Shown here piece by piece: positions 1 through 16,085 of a stretch of 64,000 bases of DNA (positions are counted from its first letter, which is position 1; each line of letters begins with the position of its first letter). Under the pieces are notes generated by a model. That model made no database searches. It had not been told where the DNA came from and saw nothing but the letters and a program-made list of their open reading frames with translations. The stretch comes from the human T2T-CHM13v2.0 reference genome, Homo sapiens. Location of the stretch: the NCBI RefSeq assembly GCF_009914755.1, contig NC_060939.1, one strand, 5' to 3'. A program made the translations under genes and the position numbers.

Positions 1-714
1 ACTACCTTAAATCCAACTCCACTCATTGGTAGAAATTGAGTTACCAGTAAAATGCTAGTTTTTATGCTTCTTCAAAATTAGTGTAAAAATATGAAAACCA
101 AAAACAATGTCATAAATCTTTCAGGTGTCTTGTCTTCCTTATCCTTTTGGGGTCTGGGGATTGGGGCAGCAACCTTATCAATAGTGGAAGTTACTTTTCC
201 TCACAGACCCATTCAACTTGGAGCATGCCAGTTGTGAAGGACAAGGTGTTATAGGTTTCCAAGAAATAGGAGCTTGAGAAATAAAGAAAGGAGTATCAAT
301 GAAATTTAAAGGGATTTTTTTTCTCTCTCTTAGAAAAACCAAGAATTCACATAAGGTGAGGAACGCTAGTTACTGGAAGGGGAGGAGTGTAATTTCCAAA
401 CAGCCTCATCACTGTACAGGATGATCAAGCAAAGCCTTATGATGGTACTGGCCCTTAAAAAACAGCCACTTGGAATAAAAAGTAGCCCTCATAGAGTTAA
501 CTTATCTGTGAAAAACCCATTGTCACTTCCTAGATTCTGAGATTTCTAAAAGTATAAAATGTATCATGTAACTTGGAGTATCTAACATGACTTGAGTTTC
601 CACTGAGCATGAAAGTCATTTTTACATCTTTTCAAGTATTAAAGCATGTTTTTAACACTCACTAGCCTACCGAATTCCCCTTCTAGCCTTTCCTATCTTC
701 ATGGCACCCAACAG

Positions 715-1500
715 CTATTTTAGAGCAACTGTTCTACTCGAGGCACCCGGTAACTGCAGGAGATTTATGGAGAAACAAGTCATAGCCCTTGCTCACAAGC
801 GGCTGAACTGACTAACCACAGGGATGATACAAGGAAACAAATGCCTATCATGTCCAAAGACTAAATAATATGTAGTGGAAATGCACTGGAGGAAGGCTTC
901 TTGTCTCTTTTGAATTAAAACTCTGAAGAAATATTAAAGGTGGAGTAGATAGTAAAGACATGGGACTAGTAGATGAGCAGAAGCATCCTGGAGAAGGAAT
1001 AATCAGGGCGAATTTTAAAATGAAAACTGCGTGGAACATGTTCAGAGCACAGCAATACTCCAGTTCAGCTAGACGGGAGAATGCGTGAAGGGGAGAACTG
1101 AGAGGGACATCATGCGACAGCTAAATGGGATGAAAGCATTCAGGCCTGGGATACCCAGATACGATATTTGGGTTTATTTCAGAAAGCAGTCAGGAGTCGT
1201 TTAGAGCATTTGATGTGGCGAGTAGCTGAGTCCGAGTCACAACTCAGGAAAATTTAAAAATTAGTCATAAAATAACAAGTGAATGAGAAACGGGAAAACC
1301 CAGGTAGCAAGGAGACCAGAAATGTTGAGAGAAAGATATGAAGCCCAGATTTTGGGATATTACAGAGAAATGCAATGATTTTGATGTGCTAAAGACAGTT
1401 CAGACATGTTGAGCCTGGGAAACAGGAGAATTGACAGCGTTCATAACAGAAATCGGAAAGTTGGGAAAAGAGTTGGAAATTGGACTCTGGAGGTATGGGA
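715..1500 (-). mobile_element. L2 LINE, degraded fragment
   Basis: Purine-rich degenerate sequence typical of antisense L2 (e.g. gcccttgctcacaagc...tttgggtttatttcagaaagcagtcaggagtc); boundaries approximate. Confidence 0.6.
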
Positions 1501-1526
1501 TTACATAACTATATAGAGGAAGACAA

Positions 1527-1535
1527 TAGATAGAT

Positions 1536-1583
<48 letters not shown>
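1527..1583 (+). repeat. GATA tetranucleotide microsatellite, GATA GAT (GATA)12
   Basis: Read directly: 12 uninterrupted GATA units at 1536-1583, preceded by GATA-GAT. Confidence 0.98.
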
Positions 1584-1974
1584 TCTTGCACTAAGAAAGA
1601 AATATAGGCCTAGAACCAAAGAGAAAATTTAGGCAAAGATTACTTGTTTGGGGCCCTATCTTAGTGCATCACATATGAATGCTGCATCTGTGATTAAAAT
1701 TACATGAAATACCTAGTTTTGGTTTTTGCTAGGGTGCTTTTTGCTCTGCAAATATATTATGAATCTTATATCTGATTTTCTTTAAGTCAGTTGTCACTTG
1801 GTACTAAATTATGTCATGTCGTTAAGGATTTCACAACCTTTGTAACATCAACAATGGTACTGACCACTGTTGACCTGGTTGAATAGTAACTGACTGGTAA
1901 CATGAAAGCCATCTTCATGATCCCTCTAATCATCGACCCTGGAGATAACATTTAAATACAGTCAAAGCTTAAGC

Positions 1975-2580
1975 TGATTCATGCACTACTGCTAGAAGCA
2001 TAAATTTGTACCACTTTTCTGGAGCAAAATACAGATATGTAGCAAAAACTTTAGAAAGTATCTAAATCCTATTACATTGGAAATGCTCTTCTAAGAATGT
2101 ATCCTAGATGACAGTGACATAACTTGGTTAAAATTGAAGCACCAATTTATTTAATAATAAAAAACTGGGTCATCATATAAAATGTCCATTTATTACAGGT
2201 AAGACATGAGATATTAATATAATTGAATACCTCATCTCATTAACAATGATAAAGTACATGTGTATTTACTGAAAATAAAATACAATTTCTTTGTGGAAAA
2301 TAAAAAGTACCTTATAAAACTATATGCATAGTATAATTATTTATATATTATGTTGGCATATGCATCCACATTAGAATATTTAAAAATGTATTTATCCATA
2401 TCCATATAGATATATAGATATAGATGGATATATATTTGTGTATGAGGTTGAAAAAATATTTGCAAAGAAATCTGAAAATGCATACATAAAATATTAGTAG
2501 TAGTTATCTTTGGAATGTAGCATATGGGGGATTTTTTCCTTAATGGACATTTTCTACAATGAACATACATAAAGTACACA
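1975..2580 (+). mobile_element. Old L1M (L1ME-type) 3' end
   Basis: Degenerate L1 ORF2-end/3'UTR motifs (gtaccacttttctggagc, ttctaagaatgtatcctag, aaatattagtagtagttatctttgg). Confidence 0.65.
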
Positions 2581-3796
2581 AAACCCCCCAAAGTTTGTAA
2601 ATATTTAAGTTAATCCAAGTTATTGGAACACTCTGAAAGTCTGGCTTATGAAGGTGAGAGCTGCAGGTCAGAATGCAAACTGAAGGTGGCTTCCAGTTAG
2701 AGCCAGGCTGGCCCCAGTGCTGGGCTGAATAGGAGAGCTGGCTGAGCCCTGAGTTTCCGAGCTGAGCGAGTGAGCCAAGTTGGAGCAATCGGTTACAATG
2801 GGGGGCTGGCGTGTGCCAGAGGTAAACATGGTACGATGTTTGGAGATGAGGTGTTAAAGACTGCCTCTTCTGAGACAATGTTAAGAACAAGACTTTGTTC
2901 TGAGTCTGCTCTTCTGGAAGGCCTCAGCTTCAGTGTCCCCAGTAATCAAGCCAGATGTCTTAACATGGTCACTTTTTCACGGTCTCTGACAGCTGACAAA
3001 ATGTTTCGTCTGTGAAAAAAATAATGCAATATGGACACAGACACTGAACGATTTAATAAGATATAGCAGATAGTGGGGGGAAATGCCCCAGACAAAAACA
3101 AGAGCATCTCTACCTTTGTGGTTGCAATTCAGAGTAAAGGTTTAGAGGGGTTTTTTAAAGTAAATAATTCTCAGTTCACTAAAGGAAATGTACTCAGCAG
3201 AGAAATGCTCAGAACAGTGAGATTTTGATGATGGAGACTGACCCCAGGTCATCCCAAAAATGCACTCCCTGGCTTTAGGGAAATAACAAATCCTTGTCAG
3301 TACTAGCATTTTTCTGTTTGCTATCAACTTTCGGGGGTTTTCTCATCATCATCATTATTATTAAAAACACATGTCAACAAAATACAACTAATATACATCA
3401 GCAGCAAGTGTTCTCTAACAGAAAAGGGGGGGATTTGAACTGCTCAGATGTTTCTGTTAGTTGCCAAAAAAAAAAAAAATACATCTGGTGAGTCTTCCTC
3501 ACTGATTTCCCTCCTATTTTTTTCCTCCTTCTCCTAAGGGAAACTGAATGATTATTTGGACAATATGTCTCAGAACTATGTCGTGTTGGGGCAAGGACTA
3601 ACCATAAGAGAGGAATGTTGGACGTTGAGAACGTTGCTCATGGCTTCTCCACTGAAGTGACAGAGATGGCCAGGAATAGAATGGTCCTGGGAGGAGAAAT
3701 ATGCACAGATGACATGGCCAGGCACATATTTCCACTTCCTTACAATACTGAGTTACTGACATACTTTTCCAAACCCTAATGCCACATCTTGCTGAG

Positions 3797-4200
3797 TGTC
3801 AGTTAAGATGGTTCAGGTTGCAAGAGAATGAAAGTAGTTTAAACTAGCTGAAACATTAAAGGGAATTTATTTACTTATGCAATTAAAAAGTCTACAGAGG
3901 GAGTAAGTTTCAGGTACATTTTATTTTATTTTTTTAAATCAGGGCTCCAGCTGTACTTCTCTGTGTATCTTTCAACTTTTCCCACCTCTGAGTTTCTACT
4001 TCAACCATGCAACACACTATCTATGAAAAAAGAGAGACTATGGATGTTCCGCAGCTCCCAGCGATGTTCCTGAGCATTTCATTGACTGGACTGCCTTGTG
4101 ACCAGTGGTTGCCCTAGGCTTTATTTCCTGAACTAATCACTGTCAGGGAGGATGGCATTACCATAATTGGATTAGACAATTCATGATGTCTACTCAGCCC
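3797..4200 (-). mobile_element. MLT1 (J/K-type) MaLR LTR
   Basis: Starts tgtcagttaagatggttcaggttgcaag...aaagggaatttatt, the typical reverse-strand MLT1 terminus. Confidence 0.65.
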
Positions 4201-4297
4201 ACGCAAACCATTTGTCTGTAGGGAAAAGGAGGAACAAATGTTGGAGAACCAACCAATGTGTCCTCTGGTGAACTGATGAAGTCATTTTTCCCCAGCT

Positions 4298-5665
4298 AGA
4301 GATATATATAGGTATATATAGTAGTATATATATATAGGTATATATATAGTTATATAGGTATATATATAGGTACATAGGTATATATATAAAGGTATATATG
4401 TAGTGGCTTAAAATGGTATAATTAACTACTATATTCTCATTATATATTATATATAGTATATATATAGAATACATATACTATATATACTACTATATTCTAT
4501 ATAGAGAATACTATGTACTATACTACTATATTCTATATACTATATAGAATATATAATAATATATCATACATCATATATAATTATATATAATGTAATGAGA
4601 ATATAGTAGTTACATGTTATAGTTCTATATATAGTACATATAATATATTCTCATTATATATAGTTGTATATATGATATACAATATTGATAATATAATATA
4701 TTATAATATATTATATTATTATATAATATACAATATATTATTATATTATATATACCATTATATATGATTATATAAATTTATATAATTTCATATGATTATA
4801 TGAATTATATAATTTCATATGATTATATGAATTATATAATTTCATATAATTATATGAAACTTAATCTAACGTAATCTATGCCAGGCACCATTCTAGGTAC
4901 CTGAATGTGTTGAAGAACTGTTTCTAAGGAGCTTATGCTCTAGTGACATGGTATTTGATATATAAAAATATATATGTATATATTTGTATATACAAACCTA
5001 GAACATATATAATGAGAATATATGACTACTATATATACTATAACATATACCTACTATATTCTATATACTATATATAGAATATTATATACTATATATACTA
5101 CTATATTCTATATATAGAATATTATATGCTATATATACTACTATTTTCTATATATAGAATACTATATACTATATATACTAATATATAATATATTAGCATA
5201 TATTATATTATTAACATACACTCTATATATGATATAATGTATATATTTATATAATATAATGTATTATATATTAAATATATATATGAGAATATATATTGTA
5301 TATGTATACTATATATAGATCTATAATATATATCTAATATATTCTCATTATATATTATATATAATTATATATCCTATATAATATATAGAATATAGTTGTG
5401 TATGTATAGTATATAGTATTCTATATATAGAATATAGTAGTATATATAGTATATAATGTTCTCTATATAGAATATAGTAGTATATATAGTATATAATGTT
5501 CTCTATATAGAATATAGTAGTATATATAGTATATAATATTCTATATGTAGTATATAGAATATAATAGTTGTATGCTATAGTATATATAGTAGTTATATAT
5601 TCTCATTATATATGTTCTAGATTTATATATATAAATATATGCATATGTAATTTTTATATGAAATA
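4298..5665. repeat. TA-rich low-complexity/minisatellite block with 27-bp and 40-bp units and inverted arms
   Basis: Almost pure A/T; about 3 copies of ttatataatttcatatgattatatgaa near 4778-4858; a 40-bp unit at ~5070-5180 and its reverse complement at ~5420-5545. Confidence 0.95.
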
Positions 5666-5785
5666 TCATGTCACTAGAGCATAAGCTCTTCAGAAACAGT
5701 TCTTCAATACATCTCAGGTGCCTAGAATAGTGCCTGACATAAAGTACACACAAAATAAATACACTTATTGTTGAATGATTGTTGC
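5665..5785 (+). mobile_element. L2 3' end
   Basis: ctagagcataagctctt...ggtgcctagaatagtgcctgacata...aataaatac...gttgaatga is the L2 3' terminus pattern. Confidence 0.7.
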
Positions 5786-6391
5786 ATGTCCCAGGTGCTG
5801 CATATTTGAACAGAAAGCATAGACCATGCAGCATTCTCCATTCTCCTTCTGCTGCCCCCTCCCCTTCACACAATGCTGCATACAGACCCAGTTGTTCACA
5901 AACAAACTTCTTGCAGGCACCTTTAAACCCCAGGCGATTCAGCTTGTAAAAAATCATGTCTGCCTGGCTCCCTAGTAAAAAGACTTCAATCAGATTAGCT
6001 CTATGAGATGGGGGCATAGATTGATAGATGGATAGAGTTTGTATTCAAAAGCTATTCCCAAATAGCCTTTTGGTTGCCTTTCTAAAGTTCTTCAGACTGC
6101 TCCAAACATTGTTGTTGATAGCTATCAACAGCAAGGCTCCAGAAATGGACATAGAAGGTACATCGTGCCATCATAGAGGACAGATGATACTTTAAGGCTC
6201 ATTCTGATCTGGAAGTGCTGTTTATTACACCTGCACGATGAGTTTGGGTACCAGATTTGGATCACCTTATTTGGAGTTAGTTTAAACAAGGGGATGTTGT
6301 TTCTATGTTTCTGCAGACTTTCATGTGTGTGAGAGGGAGACTAACTGTGGTTATCATTTGACCCAGACCGCTTCCTGAATCAGTCTTATAA

Positions 6392-6705
<314 letters not shown>

Positions 6706-7240
6706 AAGAAGTTCCCTCATCTTTAACTCTTGTGTAATTGCTGTTTTCACTGAAACACAGTTTGCTCAGAGTGGAAGGCAGCTGGGCTGTTTGCTCCTCC
6801 TTGGTTCGCAACAAGACAGAACTTGGCCTGAGAGGAGGGCGGGGGATTTATTTGAATAGCATTCCTGAGGAAGACAGGGCCTGTGCGCTAGAACCTTGGA
6901 TTTCTGGAGTCACCTTGGAGAGGCATTCAGGCTGATAGTAGCTAAATCCCCTGTAAGAAATGCCGTGACTCAACATTCTTATGCTCTGGGGCATAGTGCC
7001 TTCATCTTCAGAGTTCTGGACTCTAATCCTGAAGAGTGTGTGCTGGTCCAGAACCTCAGAGATACTCCCTACATGGTTTACATATGAGTAACAATGCTTT
7101 GTGTTTTCAGTTTATTCCCAAAAAGGTGAAGGTGAGTGAGTGCATGGGGTAGAAAGAGGGACACTCCCTCTTGTTATCTCCATCACATATCACATTTGCA
7201 AACTGATATATCACAAATACTGCACACATAAATTTCTTAG

Positions 7241-7559
<319 letters not shown>

Positions 7560-7758
7560 ACATTCACTGACTTTTATTACATTGTTGTCATCAAGCACAT
7601 AGAAAGTCTGACATTTGCTTTATTAAGTGGACTATCTGCTGTCCAATCTGAAGGTAAAATCAATTATGATTTTAGGTTCCATTCTTACAGTCCCACCACT
7701 AAGTTTCCCAACTACACCCTACCATTTTCTGCTGTTAAATTGTTGTCTGGATTCCACT

Positions 7759-9160
7759 CAATGATGTGCTGATAAATGTTTAATGACCAGCTCTCTGGGG
7801 AAAAATGCAGATAAAAGTATAAACACATTGAGAGGTGAAGCCAGCTGGACCTCCTGGGTGGAGTGGGGACTTGGAGAACTTTTCTGTCTTACAAGAGGTT
7901 TGTAAAATGCACCAATCAGTGCTCTGTAAAAACGCACCAATTGGCGCTCTGTAGCTAGCAAGAGGTTTGTAAAATGCACCAATCAGCGCTCTGTAAAATG
8001 GACCAATCAGCATTCTGTAAGATGGACCAATCAGCAGGATTCTAAAGGTAACCAATCACAGGGAGGATTGAGAAAAGGGCAGTCTGATAGGACAGAAACA
8101 GGACATGGACGGGGACAAGTAAGTTAATAAAAGCTGGCCACCCTAGCCAGCAGTGGCCCGCTGGGTCCCATTCCATGCTGTGGAAGCTTTGTTCTTTCAC
8201 TCTTCACAATAAATCTTGCTGCTGCTCACCCTTTGGGTAGTGCCACCTTTAAGAGCTGTAACACTCACCGTGAAGGTCCGCAGCTTCATTCTTGAAGTCA
8301 GGGATACCACGAACCCACAGGAAGGAACCAACTCCGGACACCACATGTTTATTATAAATTTATCCATATAAAGGATATGTGGCAAACAGCTGATAAATAA
8401 TAATAAAATATACAGTACTCTTTATTATAAATTCCATATCACTAGCTGTTTCTCACAGAATGCTATTGTTGATTTTGTCTGACTTCCTGTATCTATAGCC
8501 AACCTAAAACTGCAATTGATTAACCAAGTGAAGTTTCAACATGAATATTGATGTGTTCTTTTACTTGAGTTAATCAAAGGGAAGCGAATTAATCAAGATG
8601 TATGTCAAAATTCTTACTCATTTTTTTTTGAGTCAGATAATAGTTTTCCGATACTACAAAATATAATCTCGTTAATTTCCTATGCAATTCACCATGTAAC
8701 GGCTACAGACTTGACATATTTTAAGTTTATTTTACATTATAAATAGTTGCTCCATAGTCATTTTCTTAAGTCGAGACAAGCAGCAAAATAATAGACCAAG
8801 GTTGTGTTTGTAGCTTTTTTCAATTTTCATCGTGTAAGTATTCTCACCATGGTGGATTTTAGGCTGCCAGTCTGATGTCACTGAAAGTAGACTTGGGAAG
8901 AGAGACAGAGTATCTCATATTACATAGTATTTCCACTATGTAGGTAAAACAACGCAATCCGAAGAGCATAGATAAGGGCAAAATGTAGTGGAATAATTAG
9001 AAAGTGATGTGTTTTGAATATTTATTAGCTTTGTTATAAGATTATTTAGTCGTTGTTTGTATATTTTACTGTTTAATAATGGCTGTATTTAACAACCAGG
9101 TCACAAAATTCCTGAAAATTGAGCCATTAGATCTCATAGCTCCAGCTATAAGATACCACT
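7759..9160 (-). mobile_element. MER63 (hAT-Blackjack DNA transposon), interrupted by LTR12F
   Basis: Termini caatgatgtgctgataaatgtttaatgaccagctctc and taataatggctgtatttaacaacc...aaaattcctgaaaatt...taccactg match the recalled MER63 consensus; ~890 bp once the LTR is removed. Confidence 0.8.
7829..8342 (+). mobile_element. LTR12F solo LTR (ERV9)
   Basis: Begins tgagaggtgaagccagctggac, has tandem accaatcagc repeats, ends aactccggacac; probable 4-bp TSD acat. Confidence 0.93.
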
Positions 9161-9276
9161 GAAGTCTACCTTCCTCTCTTTACTATGGCCCTCTGAAGTC
9201 TCAGCCTTTCAGATATTTTTTTAAAGCTCCTGTGCCTCTTCTTTTTCCACCAAAGGGCCATTTCGTTCTATTAGGG

Positions 9277-9574
9277 TTTTTTGGGTTTTTTTTTTTTTTT
9301 TTTGAGTCTCACTCTGTTGCCCACTGTCGAGTGCAATGGCACGATCTTGGCTCACTGCAATCTCTGCCTCCCTGGTTGAAGCCATTCTCCTGCTTCAGCC
9401 TCCGCAGTAGCTGGGGCTGGGATTACAGGCGCACGCAACATACCCAGCTAATTTTTGTATTTTTAGTAGAGACGGGTTTCATCATGTTGGCCAGGCTGGT
9501 CCCGAGCTCAGGCAATCCACCTGCCTCGGCCTCCCAAAGTGCTGGGTTACAGGCATGAGCCACCGCGCCTGGCC
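9277..9574 (-). mobile_element. AluS
   Basis: Reverse Alu; TSD tctattag. Confidence 0.96.
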
Positions 9575-10860
9575 TCTATTAGCTTTCTTGTTGTAATTGT
9601 AGTTCTGAGCTCATTCCTTAATTCTTTACCTCCTTTTTAGTTCAAACAGTTCCAATTTTAAGCATATTTCCTCTTTTCCTTTTTATTTTAAACCTTCCTT
9701 TAGCTTCCTCCCCCAGAGTCTGGGGTTTGCAAATTATTATGGGATATGTTCTGACCAAAAACTAAGCCATAAAGCTCATGCTGTTGATGAGAACGTAAAT
9801 TGATCAGGGAGATCTGAGTAACAGGGAAGTGCCGGGTGACATATGCGGCCCTGGATTCCCCTTGTCCTGCAAACCAATTGAATCTGAGGTTTTCCGAAGA
9901 CACCATCTAAAGATCATATTCACCTCACTGCTCCTGCAAGTTACCTGGTGCAGTGCTTGCTCCCATCCTGGGCATTTAACACATGTTGACAGGCAACTTT
10001 CCTGCCATGTGGCCAATTTTCAGCCTTTCCTACCTAAACTCCCCTGCTGGTTTTGACTGGCTCTGCTAGATCCTTCTTCACTCGCACAGATGTGTTTGGG
10101 AAACTATTTGACTCACTTGTCAGACTCTCCCTGCCAGATTTCAGTTGCCTAAGGTTTGGGGGACCGTTCCAGACCTCCCGTTTATGACTCCCAACCCTGC
10201 TGACTTTGGCCTGCCAGGGTGGAATCTACGCTCAGCTGGAAAGTCTATTGGACGAAGCATGCCTCTCCTGTCCTGTCAACTTTGACCTCAGAGAGTGTGT
10301 CCTGGCACTATGAATTAATTTCCATTTTAAAACTCAAATCTAAGACACACTGCAGTTTCTGCTGGATAATTTAGGGAGTTTATATGCTAAGATCAGGTAT
10401 TACAGTACTCTACCTTATAAATCCAGGAAATACAAATTAACCAGGAATGTAGCATGTTTAACCGCAATGAGAGCTGGCATAGTTTTTCTCTGATCCATGC
10501 ATGGAGAGTAGCTGTGAGCCCTTCACAGGTGACATTGAAATGCCCCTGACAAGCTCCACAACACGTGCGGTCACCCTAGCTAATAACATCAGAACACAGC
10601 CCACTGACTTGAAGATAATTGGTGTTGCTGTTTAAATGTCACCAGACTGCCTTCAGATGCACTTAAACTATAATACTAAAGAATAATGTTGTTTTAGATC
10701 CTGGGTTCTTCACCCAGTGACTAGTCTTTTGCAAGACAGTCAAGGAGATAAGGAAAGAGCAGCAGTGATCAGTGTCTTGTAACATGTGTGATGATTCATA
10801 AAGGACTCAGTTTAGTTAATGCAACAGATATCAAAATGTAAGTCCTGCTTGAGGGAAAAA

Positions 10861-10863
<3 letters not shown>

Positions 10864-10889
<26 letters not shown>
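10864..10889 (+). repeat. (TG)13 microsatellite
   Basis: Read directly. Confidence 0.95.
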
Positions 10890-10891
<2 letters not shown>

Positions 10892-13049
10892 TACACATAT
10901 ACATGCACACACATACAAATTGTACACACATATGAAACTCGTACATTTTCACCTAAAGGGTAGAATATAACATTAATGAAAATTTACATAACACTAATCA
11001 AATGGAAAGACAGTTTGTTTTTCTAGCAACCACTGCAACAATTACTTTGTAAATATTAAAATACAAATGCTGCTAGATATAACTTATAAACAGTTACACT
11101 AGGCAACAGACATTATCATGCATGGATGTTATGGATGTTAGAGAGTAAACTATACAAAATTCTAGACTTTGTTATCAGAGAGCCATGAAAACACATTGGT
11201 GGAAATACATTTTTCTTAAGGCTTGGAGTACTATAAAGAATTTGTAAAAATGTGTAGCCTTCTTTTTCTTTTATGTGGAAGGGGTTATCCAATGTAGAAA
11301 GATGGAAATTCATAATGTAACACCATCTGTATGTCTTTGAAGTTTCAGCGTCAGAGAGATTTCTCTGGATGCACAATTCCCACCTGGCAACTTAAAACCA
11401 AGTACTCGAGCAGCAGACCTATAAGGATCTCTCTGGGCCTGCCACTGTGTGCTCTGCCGAGGATGACAGAGGACACTGCGTTTGCTGCCTTTGGGATATG
11501 AAGACCTAGCTGTTCCATAGAGGATGGAAATTGGTGTAGATAACCAAAGGGTCACCAGCTTCCTGAGCCGTGAGACTTGGCGATGTTCTAAGCTTTGATT
11601 TGTTGGAGATGAAATGTTTCCTGCTCACACTGAGCAAAGAGATAGAGGTCTTTGTGCTTTAGCACAGGTGTCTGCCAGGGGCTCTCTCTGCCTCGCTGGC
11701 AGCCCTACTAACAAACCACCTAAAATTCTTGCTGGAAGCAGAGTGTTATATGCTATATGAACAAACTCAGAGCTGTTTGGATTAGGATCATATAAGGAGA
11801 AACATACAAATAAAAATACAGGAATGAACCAGAAAAGAGAACCATGTCTTGAGTTTATTGAGATGAAATTTCTCTTCGAAAAATATATTTAAAAGCAAGA
11901 TAAATGAAAATAAAGAAGAAAGTTTGATCTCAAGGAATATGTCAATGATGTTAGAGATGTTCTGTGTGGTGATTACTATAAGAAAGCCAAGACTGCGTTC
12001 ATTAGAGTAATTGAAAACACCTGTTCTCCCAAGAAAAGTTCCGCATCTCGATTTATTTTCCGAAATAATGTGGCTAATTTTTCCCAATTCTGAATGGCTC
12101 CTGCTTATTTCAGGAAATTGCTGTTTATTTCAAGTTAAATAAAATTAAAATCGCTTTTTATTTCAGGAAGGGGGAGTTCCAACATCATCACCATTCCTTG
12201 ATTCTTCCTCAAACTTCAAAAGTTTCATAAGCAATAATAACACATACATTTTTCTTCCACATTGATTCCTTAAATAATAACTTTTTAAGGAATAAACCAC
12301 AAACAACCAGAAATTACCACAAACAACTATAAAATATTTGACTATGGAAGGAAAGTAAGAGAATGATGTAACAAATGATGAAAATCTGTGTTTTTTAAAG
12401 ATGATAAGATCTTACTAATGAGTAAACAGATAGAACATTTAAAAATTATGACAGAAGCATCATCATGCACTGATCTATCCCCAAATGTTCGTCTAGCTTG
12501 CTGAAAATGCTTATTTTCTATGTTTAGGCCATTGTCTCAGAAAAGTAATATTACTAATACAACGTAGGCTTTTAAATTTGCATGGCTGATTTTACGTACT
12601 TTCATTAGTTCTAGAAAGTTTTCTAGAGTCCCTCTGTTTTTCTCTCTTGAAAATTGGATGGGCAAGGTCCTCTTCTTATCCAATTCTTTAGCTTCTACGC
12701 TGGCAGCAATGCCATGTCAGAAACACAGCTCAGGGTAGACTCCCCAGACTCTCTCCAGAAGTAAAATAAAACTGCAGGAGGAATACATTCATGCATTCAA
12801 CTAACCTAATTTTTACAATAGAATGTCCTGTGTTTACCTAACATTTAACATATAAAAGTTCATTAAATGAATCTCAAAGCATGCTGGTGGGGAGTGCTGA
12901 AATAGTTTTGAATATTTGTTTGAAATCACACATTGATAATCACACTGATTTTTTTGTTTCTCTCCAGTTTTCTTTGAAGATGATCCAGGATCATCCTACC
13001 AATACATGTTTGTGCCCTGCCTCTTTATGTCACATTTTAGCATGACCTT

Positions 13050-15470
<2,421 letters not shown>

Positions 15471-15710
15471 TATGCCTAGGAATTCGCACACGTGTGTACA
15501 CACATGACATGCAGAAGACGCATCTGGGTTTGGATCCTCATGTGGATCCTCATCCTTCAAATGGGTCCTTAACCTCTTCCTTTGGTTAGTGTGGTGCTCT
15601 CCCTACTTAAGCCGAAGTGCATATTGGGAGACATTCCCTTTACAATTTCAACAGACTGGCAGATATTTAGTCGGTATTCTTCTTCTGGCCTACAAAATAA
15701 GAATCAGTAA

Positions 15711-16085
<375 letters not shown>

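Noticed and set aside
7890-8060. Regularly spaced short repeats resembling a CRISPR array
   Set aside because: They are the CCAAT tandem repeats of LTR12. The spacers are homologous to each other, the context is eukaryotic and there are no cas genes.
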